A stretch of 64,000 bases of DNA from Histomonas meleagridis 2922-C6/04-290x (GCA_020184695.1 JAANOX010000033.1:1-64000), one strand, 5' to 3'. Shown: positions 44,893-56,183, counted from the first letter of the stretch. Notes: generated from the sequence alone by a model not told the origin. Numbers and translations: made by a program.

Positions 44893-45414
44893 TAAAGAAT
44901 ATGTTTTGATATCATCAATTGGGTTTCTGTTCGATTTCTACCTTCTTGTTTGAATACTTTATATAACCTGTTTCATCTGAAAATTCAATGATTTCAGTTT
45001 CTTCGACCAAAATTAAACGGTTATAATTCTGTTTGCAAATGAAGATTGTAGTAAAAATCCCAAATTGTAATAACAACATCAGATCAAATTAATGTAATAA
45101 TTTTCCTCATTCAACTTCATGCACTTCATTTGTAAAATGAAAACAGTAAAAGCGCCCATAACATTAATCAAGTTCATGTAATAATTAATTTCAATAACCA
45201 AAATTGTCATTGGTTTTAAATATTTAAATATTGGTTCAAGGTTCTAAAAGTTTTTTTATTACACAAAAGCTGAATAATTTTGCACATTTAAATGCATATG
45301 CATTTATTTGTATGTGTAAAAAAAGTTTAAAATAGATCAGATTAAAAATCGATATTTATAAATATTTCTTTCAATTCTTTTTCTCTTAAGATGTTCAATT
45401 TCTTTATTTTTCCT

Positions 45415-46917
45415 TTATTCACTAAATTCTTCTTTTATTATTGTGATTTTATCAGATTTTCCTGTTGATTTATACTTTGCACTAAGATCAAGATGACCAT
45501 CTTCATCAACTTTGAATTCAATTAAAATTTCATCTTCAGAATTACCCGAATTATTACAAATTGTATACTTACAAATTTTATCGTTATGCTCAGGGTTAGG
45601 ATCTTCACCTTTGTAAACCTCGATAATTCCAGATTCTTTGATTAGAATTGTTTTTTGTACCGATGAAGGAATTGGTGTGTAACGGCTGAATATAATATCC
45701 ATATAACTATCACCATTTGGGTTTTTGGCCTTAATGCCAATAGAATGTGTAATTACACTTTTTATTTTAGAAACATCAATATCATTAAGATTTGCCGCAA
45801 AAATTGCTGCGCCTTGTGCAACTGCTGTTTCTGGATCAATGCCTATTCGAAGCGGTTCTTTTCCAAAGAAATCTTTAAGCATTTCACGTACATATGAGAT
45901 TTTGGATGAACCACCAACAAGGAAAATATCATCAATGTCTTCAGGTTTCATTTTAATTTCATTAATGAGATTATGAATTGTGATTAATGTTGCTTGAAAT
46001 AGATCCTTATTCATATCTTCGAATTCTTCGCGTGTTATAGATTCCATGAAATTAATTTCATGATAAAGACTTGGACAACACAATTTGGTTTTGTTCACAT
46101 GCGATAAATTAATTTTTCCCTTTTCGCATATACTCTTTAACAGACTTCTTGCTCGTAAATCTTTGCTGATGTCACAATTATGTTTTTCATTGAAGATTTT
46201 GATGAAATGCTTGACCATGTTTTTATCAATTTCTTCTCCACCAAGATGCGCATTCACATTTGTTCCTAATATGTTGAAAGAATTGTTTTCGACTTTAATA
46301 ACTGACGCTTCAAACTTGCCACTCCCAAGATCATAAATAAGAGCAAGTCTCTTAACTGACGATCGGTTTTTCCAGTAATAAGCAATTGCTGCTGCTGTGG
46401 GTTCATTTAAAAATTTAATTGCATTAAGCCCTGCAATTTGACTTGCTTCTTTTATTTTTTGAAGTTGATCGTAATTAAAATATGCTGGAACTGTAATAAC
46501 AGCATCAACATCTTGAAAACCAAGTAGGTTTTGGATATATATTTTTATTTCTTCTAACAATTTGGCTAAAATTTGTTCTGGGTATATGATTTTTTCATTA
46601 GGTTTCAACTCAATGCATGGATGATTATTTTTTCCTGCCATTAATACCTTGAAAGGCCATGTTCTAAGTGCTTGACCTGGAATATTTCTGTAATCAACCC
46701 CAATCAAGAGCTTAATATCATAGATCGTATTTTCATGATTAAAAACTGCATTGTCTTTTGCACATTGACCAACAAGTACATCATCATCAGTATAAGAAAC
46801 TATTGATGGGATTAAATTAGAACCATCATTAAAATGTATCATGCTTACATCACTACTATCTTTAATTAAATAAGCAACTTTGCTATATTCAGTGCCAAGA
46901 TCAATTCCAAAGTGCAT
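45415..46917 (-). CDS. Divergent, C-terminally short Hsp70-family protein
   Basis: GIDLGT, VITVPAYF, NEPTAAAIAY, LVGGS, AVAQGAA; ends after a partial substrate-binding beta-sandwich. Confidence 0.88.
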   Translation of the reverse strand: MHFGIDLGTEYSKVAYLIKDSSDVSMIHFNDGSNLIPSIVSYTDDDVLVGQCAKDNAVFNHENTIYDIKLLIGVDYRNIPGQALRTWPFKVLMAGKNNHPCIELKPNEKIIYPEQILAKLLEEIKIYIQNLLGFQDVDAVITVPAYFNYDQLQKIKEASQIAGLNAIKFLNEPTAAAIAYYWKNRSSVKRLALIYDLGSGKFEASVIKVENNSFNILGTNVNAHLGGEEIDKNMVKHFIKIFNEKHNCDISKDLRARSLLKSICEKGKINLSHVNKTKLCCPSLYHEINFMESITREEFEDMNKDLFQATLITIHNLINEIKMKPEDIDDIFLVGGSSKISYVREMLKDFFGKEPLRIGIDPETAVAQGAAIFAANLNDIDVSKIKSVITHSIGIKAKNPNGDSYMDIIFSRYTPIPSSVQKTILIKESGIIEVYKGEDPNPEHNDKICKYTICNNSGNSEDEILIEFKVDEDGHLDLSAKYKSTGKSDKITIIKEEFSE

Positions 46918-47607
46918 GTTGGTTTTTTGCGGATCATTGAGATTACATACAGATTAATGATTAAAAATGCCAATCAATTTCTAAAAAATTTGATAACATT
47001 GACCTCCAATAATTTTATTGAATTTTTTTTAATTTTGCCAACGAGGGTTTGCCGTCTATCGTTTCGTTAACATGTTATAAAAAAGTGGATCCACTCGAAT
47101 GCAAAATCTTGCGTCACTTTTTTGCCATCCATGATAATCATGAACAGAACATAATTCACACTGTATTTTCTCAAAAAAAAAAAAAAAAAAAAAAAAATTA
47201 TCATAATGAGATATAATAATCATGATTATTATGTTTGATATAATTTTTTTTCGTTGATTGATTCAAGATAGGATTTTCTCATTAAAGGATTTCCTCTTCA
47301 AACATACAACAATATTGTAGGTATCTTCAAATATGCATAAATCTTTCAACATAAAAATGTCAATTTTCTTCTGTAAAATTCGAACAAGATAGAATAAAAA
47401 TGCATGAACGATGATCATGTCTGAGAAACATGGATTTAACCGAAACATTTTTCGATTCAAAATTGAATCAATGCAAAAAATAACAAGGGCTGATAAACAA
47501 CAAAATGCATACAAAAACACGAACAAAACCATTTTGTGATGTTTATTCAGCGTCTTTATGTATCAAAAAGTCGATATTATCTCAATTTCAGATTTGTGTG
47601 AAGTGAA

Positions 47608-47613
47608 TCACTT
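47608..47613 (+). promoter_or_regulatory. Initiator (Inr)-like TCACTT
   Basis: TCACTT 6 nt upstream of the ATG at 47620. Confidence 0.5.
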
Positions 47614-47619
47614 TGTGTC

Positions 47620-48750
47620 ATGTTGGTTATATTTTTCTATGTTGTTTCAGGTCTTACATATAAAAGAATCTACTATGGCATTGAAGAAAGGTTCATCATT
47701 ACAATAGAGCGAATGTTACGAGAATATTCACAAAAATTTAAAGGAGATGAGCATTTCCAAAAAATGTGTTCTGATGCAATTGCAGAAGTTTCTGGATATG
47801 TCTATGAATTTCATCCAAATATATCAAATAATGAATCACTCAAGGGTCTTGCAAGTAATTTTGATTTAGTCGAAATCGAATTTTATAATACAACGAATAT
47901 TACAATTGATTTAGCACATGCCAATCAAATCCCAAGATTGAAGAGTGAAAACGATGTTTTGCAAATCAAATCAAGCATACATGATATCTCTAAATCACTC
48001 CCTTTTGTATATATTTCATCCAAAGTTAATTTCTCAAATAATATACAATTCAATACAATTGTAATCGAATGTTATACAACTGCTAAATGCATTCCTAACG
48101 TAGCTGGAAAATTTATGGCAAATAATCTTATCACACCAAGCACACAAATCCTTCAAAACCCACAAATACATTCAACAAATAAAATTTATTATGCTGGGAA
48201 ACCTGGATTGATTACATTTAATAAAGACAATATTGAGGTCGATGATGTTTCGCTTTCAAATGATATTTCGATTATGATTTCACCATATATATTTTCCCCA
48301 ATGAAAATTGGAATGTTTCTTCCAAAAGGAGTTACACCACCAAAATCAACTAAAATTTACTTTGATGAACCAAACATAATGTATGCAGAAAAAATATGTA
48401 AAGGAGCATTCAATATTGATTATTACTATCAGAATAAATTTGATCGAAATTCATCGTTGGAATTTAGCTTCGACGGTGAATGGCAAAATGTTCAAAATTT
48501 CGAATTGATTTTACTTGTAAATGATTTAAACAAGCCATTCATTAATGTTTCAGGAATACCAAAAAACATTAAATACAAATTACAAGATGATGAACTATTA
48601 CATATTGAAACTTCAGATGAAGAAGAAAGTACCATTATAACTGAAAGTGAAGGTGAAACAGAAACTACAAACTTTGGAATGAGATCGAGCTTAGCGCCAT
48701 GCACTTTCATCATATTTGTTATAGGAGCCATATTTTCCATTATCGTATAA
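47620..48750 (+). CDS. Hypothetical surface/membrane protein
   Basis: N-terminal signal-like MLVIFFYVVSG, acidic S/T/E linker, C-terminal hydrophobic helix. Confidence 0.7.
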   Translation: MLVIFFYVVSGLTYKRIYYGIEERFIITIERMLREYSQKFKGDEHFQKMCSDAIAEVSGYVYEFHPNISNNESLKGLASNFDLVEIEFYNTTNITIDLAHANQIPRLKSENDVLQIKSSIHDISKSLPFVYISSKVNFSNNIQFNTIVIECYTTAKCIPNVAGKFMANNLITPSTQILQNPQIHSTNKIYYAGKPGLITFNKDNIEVDDVSLSNDISIMISPYIFSPMKIGMFLPKGVTPPKSTKIYFDEPNIMYAEKICKGAFNIDYYYQNKFDRNSSLEFSFDGEWQNVQNFELILLVNDLNKPFINVSGIPKNIKYKLQDDELLHIETSDEEESTIITESEGETETTNFGMRSSLAPCTFIIFVIGAIFSIIV

Positions 48751-49449
48751 ACGAATTTTATACATAAAATTTTAATATTAACTTATTATAATTTAGATAT
48801 AATGTGATCATTGCGATAAATAACTTTGAAAATCAAGAAAATTGAAGTTTGATCAAACTTATTATAACATTTCATAATATAAAAATAAACAAACTCAAAA
48901 AATTTGTGGAGCTTTTACTTGTATTTTTCCAATATGAGTATCACATGAAGATTTTGTTGTTTATTGTTGTTATATAATTTTCAGAAAATGTGGTGAATTC
49001 AGATCAGAAACTGAACCTCAATTTTTTTCAACTTGCAAAAGTGATAAAACCAAACCTGAAACAGGTCAAAATGGGTGAATGTTATCTCGATGTTGATTTT
49101 GAAAAATTTAATGGATTCCTAATAACAAATATAGAATCTGTTGTTTGTAGTATCATGATTTAACTTTGTTAAACCATCAGATGAACTTTGTTTTTACTTG
49201 TATTTGACATTTCCTAAAATATATTTTTGATTTACTTCAAAATTCAGATTTCAATGCTTCAAGATTAATAGGAAATTTTGGAGATTATTGTCTTTTGCAA
49301 ATTACGTAATGTAACGATTTGGTTATCCTTTTATCAACACTTCGAAAAAAATCATTTCTTTCAAAAGTATTGAAAACGTGTTTATGGGCTTAACGGTTAT
49401 CCTCATTAATTTCAACAAAATTTGGCAGCTTGAACGGTTATATCTCCTG

Positions 49450-50583
49450 ATGAAGTTTTCTTGTTATCTTCTCACCACAATTCTTTCATCCTTAGGTGCT
49501 ATTTTATTCTTTGTCCTTGCCCTTGTATATGGGAGGATAGATAAACCTGATCAAACGTTAAATAACCTTACATTTTTAGAATCAAATGATTCAACTAATT
49601 CTTTCACAGAAAGTCTTATTTCTCGCATCAACTCTGCCAAGAGCAGTATAAAGATAGTATCTAGATCATTATCATTTTCGAATTCCTCTGAACTTGATCA
49701 ACGATTTTTAAATGCTCTTCGTTCAGCCCATGAACGGAATGTCTATATTCTTGCCATAACTAGCAGTGATGATCTACCCGATTTTATTGAATGTAAGAAT
49801 GTTGCTTCACATTTCTTCATGTATGGAATAACAAGTGATCTAATTATATTTGATGACATTGATGTTCTATTTCCAGGCTCTCCATTACCCTCTCTTTCCA
49901 CACAAATCGGGCTTTTATTCGAAGGTGCACCATCGGTTGCATCCGATGCAAATGCCTTTGTATCACTTGGGGAATTTCTTAACACTTCTATTACCGAAGC
50001 AAGACATTTCCCGCACAGTGCCATTGTCTATCATAACACACAATCTCTACATGATCTCGGAACATTTGGCAAATATTCATTTATCCAATCACAAGGAACA
50101 TATTACACAGTACCACCAATCCGTGAGCACCTCGAAAATCTCATTAATTATCTTAGCGGCATTCGATTCACTAAGTTCTATATACATGCGACACGTTTCA
50201 TCCATAACTTAGGAAGTTATTCATATTACACCATCCAAAGCTTGTTGTATAACATTGCAGAACAAGGCGGCGACGTCCGTATTTTGTTGCCTGAGAGCGA
50301 TCCGAACATTGACTTAAGTCTGAAATGGGCATCGACAATTGCGTCGCATGAAAACATCCACATACACACAATGGCAAAGCAAAGCACAAATAGTTTCATC
50401 ATCGCCGACGACTATTTTTTGTTGGGATCACATCCACTGTCTGATAACGTGCTGTATTCGTCATACGGATTGCACGTGTTGGGTTATAACTCGTCGATGT
50501 TGCCGAAGTTTAATGAAATATTCGAAGAAGATTGGAGGGAGTCAAAGCCATTCCATGACTTGATCGATAGAATATGGAATTGA
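49450..50583 (+). CDS. PLD3/4-like phospholipase D-fold membrane protein lacking HKD motifs
   Basis: N-terminal TM; LISRINSAKSSIKIV, ALRSAHERNV, GGDVRILL; both HxKxxxxD positions replaced (TSDLIIFDD; TNSFIIADD); first ATG at 49450. Confidence 0.7.
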   Translation: MKFSCYLLTTILSSLGAILFFVLALVYGRIDKPDQTLNNLTFLESNDSTNSFTESLISRINSAKSSIKIVSRSLSFSNSSELDQRFLNALRSAHERNVYILAITSSDDLPDFIECKNVASHFFMYGITSDLIIFDDIDVLFPGSPLPSLSTQIGLLFEGAPSVASDANAFVSLGEFLNTSITEARHFPHSAIVYHNTQSLHDLGTFGKYSFIQSQGTYYTVPPIREHLENLINYLSGIRFTKFYIHATRFIHNLGSYSYYTIQSLLYNIAEQGGDVRILLPESDPNIDLSLKWASTIASHENIHIHTMAKQSTNSFIIADDYFLLGSHPLSDNVLYSSYGLHVLGYNSSMLPKFNEIFEEDWRESKPFHDLIDRIWN

Positions 50584-50646
50584 TTTTGTGAATAAAAGTC
50601 ATTGAGTACGCATTAAATTTATTGTTTATGATGAGAAATGTTCGCT

Positions 50647-50910
50647 GATATAACAAATTGTTAAGGAAAATATAACAAATGGTTATTGATATAACAAATG
50701 GTTACGGAGAATATAACAAATGGTTAAAAAAAATATAACAAATGGTTAAGGAAAATATAACAAATGGTTATGGAAAATATAACAAATGTTTGTTGATATA
50801 ACAAATGGTTAAGGAGAATATAACAAATGGTTATGGAAAATATAACAAATGTTTGTTGATATAACAAATGGTTAAGGAGAATATAACAAATGTTTGTTGA
50901 TATAACAAAT
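50647..50910 (+). repeat. Minisatellite, 13 copies of ATATAACAAAT core in 22- and 19-nt units
   Basis: Units of core+GGTTA(A/T)GGA(A/G)A (22 nt) and core+GTTTGTTG (19 nt) counted directly. Confidence 0.9.
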
Positions 50911-50919
50911 TTTGCTTAA

Positions 50920-51560
50920 GTTGAATAAGTTTGAGTTATTCATTTTTTGCTTTGACTTCTTCAACGATTGAGTCAATTGTTACTTTGTCATATGCTCTGT
51001 TAATTCATTGTGTGTAATTAGTTATGTTAATGTACTAAGTGTTTGAATTGCTTCTTCTTTATTTTGTCTAATTTCACTTTCTATTATTTGCTGTTCAGCA
51101 GCTTCCAAAATTTCATTAAATTCTTGTAACGATAATAATGAAATATTTATTTGATTTTTGTAGTTTTCTTTATTTTTATCACTAACTTTAGCGATTGCTT
51201 CATCATTACTTGGCTTAAGATAATCAACAGCTTCTGATGAATACTTTCTTACCTTTTACAATAATGAAACTTAACTTTTCTTTGTACTTTCTCATATTTG
51301 AGGCCAGGTATATTAAAAAATGCATTTTCGCAAATTGATGTAACTGTTTCAATAACAAGTTGATATTAGAAAAAAAATTCTTCCGTGGAACATTTGCTGG
51401 GTCATCGAAATCACGCATTTTACCATTTCCATGTATCTTCAGTCCACCATTTTTCAATGTCTATTTTAAGTTTTCACCAATAGTTCCTGAACCAGTTTTT
51501 TTCAACTTGTGTGAAAGAAGATGCGTCTACTGGTTTTTCCTATGTATACATTTGATGTAA
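50920..51560 (-). pseudogene. BspA/LRR_5-type relic with N-cap and coiled-coil remnant
   Basis: SGTIGENLK*TLKNGGLKIHGNGKMRDF...VP, frameshift, LVIETVTSICENAF; TAG at 51463-51461 in place of Trp. Confidence 0.6.
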
Positions 51561-51819
51561 TGTTTATCAGTAGTTACAGGATAACATTAGCACGAGTGAA
51601 TTCTTCATATGCGATATATATATTCCCAACAATAAGTAAATATTAATTATCATAAAAAACATATCCAAGTACAATTGATAGTCATTTAAATAACAAATAT
51701 ATAAAGTTTATGATAAATAATTTGGTACCTAAACAGTCATAAAGAGATATGAGCGCTGAATATGCATTAAATTAAAATTTATTTAACTCAATAAAATCAC
51801 ATTAAAAAGGAGACATTTT

Positions 51820-52623
51820 TTACTCCAAATTGATGTTAACCTTTGTAACTTTGAATTCATTGTCCTTTGCAAGGATATCGCTGTATTGGACAAATGGATG
51901 TGGTTCGGGTTCTTTTTGCTCCCATTGATCTGGAGTTAAGAAAGAGTAAGTTGCTTCTATTGCTTTGTATGTAGCAACGAGGAAGTTAGCTGATGTCTTT
52001 GTGTTACCAATTGATGATGTGAAAAGATCTTCGAAACCTGCCATGGCTAAAAGCTTCTTAGCAACTGAACCTGCAACGATTCCAGAACCACGTGGAGCTG
52101 GAATGAGTCTTACACGAACTGATCCACATTTGCCAGTAACTGTATTTGGTACAGTGTGTGGCTGACCGATCTTGTTACCCCAATAACCACGACGAACTGG
52201 GAGAATGGAAAGCTTGGCATAGATTAAAGCACCTTTGATGGCATTAGCAACTTCTGCAGAAGTTTTGATACCAAGACCAACATGTCCATCATAGTCACCG
52301 ACTGCAACAACTGCCTTAAAGCGAGTACGTTGACCGGCACGTGTTTGCTTTTGAACTGGCATGATTTTCATGACTTCATCCTTTAAGTTATCACCTAAGA
52401 GTGCATCAATAATTTCTGGTTCTTTAATTGGCATTGCGTGAAGATAGATCTGTTCGATAGATGTAATACGACCAGAAGCAACTAAACGGCCTAATTTTGT
52501 CTTTGGTTGCCACTTATCTTTTCCACCTCTGTTTTGTGCATTGCGTTGTGGACGATCGCGTTGCTGACGTCCACGCATTCCGCCACGGCGTTGTTCGCCT
52601 TGCTGCTTTGGAGCTTCAGACAT
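51820..52623 (-). CDS. RPS2: 40S ribosomal protein S2 (uS5)
   Basis: [49 protein letters not shown]. Confidence 0.97.
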   Translation of the reverse strand: MSEAPKQQGEQRRGGMRGRQQRDRPQRNAQNRGGKDKWQPKTKLGRLVASGRITSIEQIYLHAMPIKEPEIIDALLGDNLKDEVMKIMPVQKQTRAGQRTRFKAVVAVGDYDGHVGLGIKTSAEVANAIKGALIYAKLSILPVRRGYWGNKIGQPHTVPNTVTGKCGSVRVRLIPAPRGSGIVAGSVAKKLLAMAGFEDLFTSSIGNTKTSANFLVATYKAIEATYSFLTPDQWEQKEPEPHPFVQYSDILAKDNEFKVTKVNINLE

Positions 52624-52987
52624 TGAACAAAAGGTTGACCATAACCTCCGAAAACCGTAAAAACTGCATCATTTCGTCACAAAAAAACATCTAAAAATAA
52701 AAACGAAACATCAAATAAAACATCTTCATCTAATGCAATTAATGTTTTAGACTTTAGAAGATATAGAAACTTTTGGATATTATTAATTCTATATCAAATT
52801 AATTAATTTAATAATTGGTTTTTTTTAATAGTTTAGTAAACAACAGTATATACCATACTGAACAACCTTGGTTACTGTAAAATTGTACGAGTATAATTGT
52901 GAGTTTTTCTTGGATCTGGTAAAAACATAATGTGAAATGAAGAAGGTAATATGGGGCATCCCAATCAGCCGATAGAAGTTCAGTTGG

Positions 52988-54430
52988 ATGAATTCAGCAA
53001 TTGTTCAATACCGAAAATATAGATGGGTTCGATACACATTGGTTGGACTTTTGTTGTCAGCAGTAGCACTTTTAATCCAATATATTGCAACCTTTCAAAG
53101 AAATTCTGATGTTCTTACAAACATTCTTAATTCAGAAAATTACCCAGAATACTTACCAAAGTTTAGAGAAAAGTATCTCAAACACCTTGAAGGTTCAATA
53201 TATTTGGATTATACTGGCGCTGGTGTTTATAGTGATCTCGATGTTGAAAGATTCAGAAGAGATATCTTTCCAGAAAATGTCATTTCTAACCAAACCAAAA
53301 TAGATGAAAACAAGTTAATCGAAGAAACACGTGAAGAGCTATTATCATTTTTAGGAACAAATTCTAATGATTATGTGGTAGTTTTCTTAGCTAGTGCAAC
53401 ACAAGCGCTAAAGCTTGTTGGCGAAAATTATGCTTGGAAATCATCGAGCAAATTCTTGTATACTTTATATAATCACAATTCTGTTCTTGGAATTCGTAAA
53501 TATGTATTAGCAGCAGGCGGTACATTTGGCGTTCTCAACTCTTCCAAAGAAATTGTTGCAGATCAAGATACTCTTTATGCTGTTGCACTTGAAGATAATT
53601 TTGCTGGTACAAAACTTGGAAAAGAAGAAATGTATAGACTTACACACACACCAGGAATTACAATTATCGGAGATTCATCTGCTTTTCTACCTACTAATCA
53701 GCTAAATCTTACCGAATATCCATTTGATGCAGTCGTTCTTTCATTTTACAAAATCATAGGTTTCCCTAATTATGGTGCTGCTGTTCTTAAGCGTTCCTTT
53801 GCAGAAAAACTTGTTAAAAAGTCATTTTTGGAAGGTTCTGTTGATCTTGCTTTATCAACAACAGAAACGAAGTACAGACTTCACAAAGATCTACCTTATA
53901 AACTTGAAGACGACCTTCCATCTCCAGATCTTGTGCGTGCTGCCAAATATGGACTTGAATCCATCAAAGCGATCGGCATTGAGAACGTTAACAAGCACGT
54001 TTGGCGGTTAACCCAACGGTTATATAACGGTCTCGATAAGATGCTTCATTCGACGAACGTTAAGGCTTGTCAAATTTATGGAAATCATGAATTGAAAAAT
54101 AGTGACCTTCAAGGCGGAATTGTTGCTTTTAACATCAAAAAGCCAGACGACGATTACGTTGGATATGCAGCTGTAATTAGAGATGCAAGTAAAGCAGGAT
54201 TTCATTTAAGAGGAGGATGCCATTGCAATCCAGGAGCATGTTTTAGATTCATGGGAATCAGTGAAGAAAAGGTTAAGGCATACTTCGATCAAAAGACAAC
54301 ATGTGGTGATAATAATGATATTGTTGACGGAATCCCATTAGGCGCAGTAAGGGCGTCATTGGGTTGGGCGTCAACAGAAAATGATGTTGATTCATTCTTG
54401 AATTGGATATCAGAAAATTACGTTTATTAA
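52988..54430 (+). CDS. Molybdenum cofactor sulfurase-like PLP enzyme (class V aminotransferase fold) with N-terminal TM helix
   Basis: YLDYTGAG, SFYK (PLP lysine), LRGGCHCNPGAC (catalytic Cys loop), GAVRASLG; no MOSC domain. Confidence 0.85.
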   Translation: MNSAIVQYRKYRWVRYTLVGLLLSAVALLIQYIATFQRNSDVLTNILNSENYPEYLPKFREKYLKHLEGSIYLDYTGAGVYSDLDVERFRRDIFPENVISNQTKIDENKLIEETREELLSFLGTNSNDYVVVFLASATQALKLVGENYAWKSSSKFLYTLYNHNSVLGIRKYVLAAGGTFGVLNSSKEIVADQDTLYAVALEDNFAGTKLGKEEMYRLTHTPGITIIGDSSAFLPTNQLNLTEYPFDAVVLSFYKIIGFPNYGAAVLKRSFAEKLVKKSFLEGSVDLALSTTETKYRLHKDLPYKLEDDLPSPDLVRAAKYGLESIKAIGIENVNKHVWRLTQRLYNGLDKMLHSTNVKACQIYGNHELKNSDLQGGIVAFNIKKPDDDYVGYAAVIRDASKAGFHLRGGCHCNPGACFRFMGISEEKVKAYFDQKTTCGDNNDIVDGIPLGAVRASLGWASTENDVDSFLNWISENYVY

Positions 54431-55565
54431 AGTTAATCAGAAAAATTTCTTTGAATAAAATAATTATTTAAGCAAATCCTTTTTGTACAGCATAATATTA
54501 ATTTATCAATTACATAGGAAGCAAAGAAAAGTGAAATTAAATTTCTAAGTTTTAATATAATTTAATAATTCAAATATAAAAATTTTTGAAAATTCTAATG
54601 CTATCCATTAAATATTATTCGTTTAATAACTAATAAATTATTAAATTTTAGCTCTTTTAAAGTAATTAATACAATAATTCCTTGATTGCAATCCCTATTC
54701 AAAAATGTCTTTTGATGAACTGTTATGCGTTGAAAAAGTTATTTTCAGGACCATCTCAAAAAATCAATTCAATGTTTTATTGTCACTTTTATTTTTTCTA
54801 TTGAAAAAAAGTTAGCAACCACACTTGTGTAAATAAAGTGTTAAAAATCAACTTTTAAATAGTTTTACGTTGGGCTGAATTGATGTTCACCGAGCATACA
54901 AGTATTCAGTGAGAAATTTCACGTGAATGTTTGTAAATAATTCAAGAACTGGAATGGTAGATATGATGGTTGGCTTGAATGGTTTAATACATCATACGAA
55001 CCTGATGCAACTATAATGTATGTGATCACTGATTAACATTGCAACAATAAAGATGAGACAACTCTTCCAACATTACACCATGGAACTTAGAAAATTCGAC
55101 AATATAATTACTATGATTGGGCAGCAACACGCAACGGCATTAAGGTAAAGAATCTCGATACAAATGAAGAAATCTTACATCACACAAATTGCAATTTGTT
55201 AGCTTTAAGCAGAACGCAGAATCTACAGTCATACATGTTGTTGAAGGTTTGGCTCTATTGGATAGTCCTCTTTCTGCAAAACACCAACCAAACAATGTTT
55301 ATTTTTTCAAAATTATATTATTTAAATTGAAATGCATGATTTTCATGATATATTAGAAGTCCTTTGTTATACTTTTAATTTAAATTTTAATTTCGTTCTC
55401 ACAAATTTGTAAATTGCGAGTAATACAATTTAGATACATATGCTAACTAATAAATATGACATTTCCAATTAAAAATCTCAAAAAAAGGATTGATTAGCGT
55501 GGCATATATCGTGTGGAAGAAAATCTTTTTAATGTAGCCGTTTATTTTTAACGGATCAACATGGA

Positions 55566-56183
55566 ATGAACCCAAACCAAAACCCAAATCAGCAAAGGAA
55601 TCCAAATCAGCAAATAATAAATCAAAGCCAACTAATTGCAAATTTAAGTAGTCAAGTGGTTAGTCTTAATTCTCAGATAATGAATTTAAATACTCAAATT
55701 ATGAATATAAATCAACAAATGATGTACTTAAATTCTCAAATAATGTTTCAAAATCCTCAGGTAATGCTTCCTCAGCAACAAATGAGGCACCTTCAACCAG
55801 TACTTCAAAATCCTCAAACAATGCATCAAGAACAGCAACGTACAATGTTTCCTCAACAACCAATGGGTCCAAACCCTAAAATTATTCCTTACCAGCAATC
55901 AATGGGCCCCGGATCTCAAGTTATTCCTCCACAACAACCAATGAGCCCAGGCCCGCAACCAATGCCTCCACAACAATCAATGGGTCCCGGATCTCATGTT
56001 ATTCCTCCACAACAACCAATGAGTCCAGGATCTCAAGTTATTCCTCCACAACAACCAATGAGCCCAGGCCCGCAATCAATGCCTCCACAACAATCAATGG
56101 GTCCCGGATCTCATGTTATTCCTCCACAACAACCAATGAATCCAGGATCTCAAATTATTCCCCCACAACAACAAAACAACTGA
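55566..56183 (+). CDS. Gln/Pro-rich low-complexity protein
   Basis: 205-aa ORF; short coiled-coil then 13-aa repeats. Confidence 0.6.
   Translation: MNPNQNPNQQRNPNQQIINQSQLIANLSSQVVSLNSQIMNLNTQIMNINQQMMYLNSQIMFQNPQVMLPQQQMRHLQPVLQNPQTMHQEQQRTMFPQQPMGPNPKIIPYQQSMGPGSQVIPPQQPMSPGPQPMPPQQSMGPGSHVIPPQQPMSPGSQVIPPQQPMSPGPQSMPPQQSMGPGSHVIPPQQPMNPGSQIIPPQQQNN
55881..56175 (+). repeat. 39-nt coding tandem repeat, ~7.5 copies
   Basis: (V/P)(I/M)PPQQ(P/S)M(S/G)PG(S/P)(Q/H) units. Confidence 0.85.

Noticed and set aside
47173-47197. 25-nt poly(A) as a possible retroposon tail
   Set aside because: No flanking target-site duplication adjacent to the tract and no Pol III boxes upstream.
50647-50910. CRISPR-like array
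   Set aside because: Core is only 11 nt, linkers are 8-11 nt and recurrent, no cas genes, eukaryotic context.
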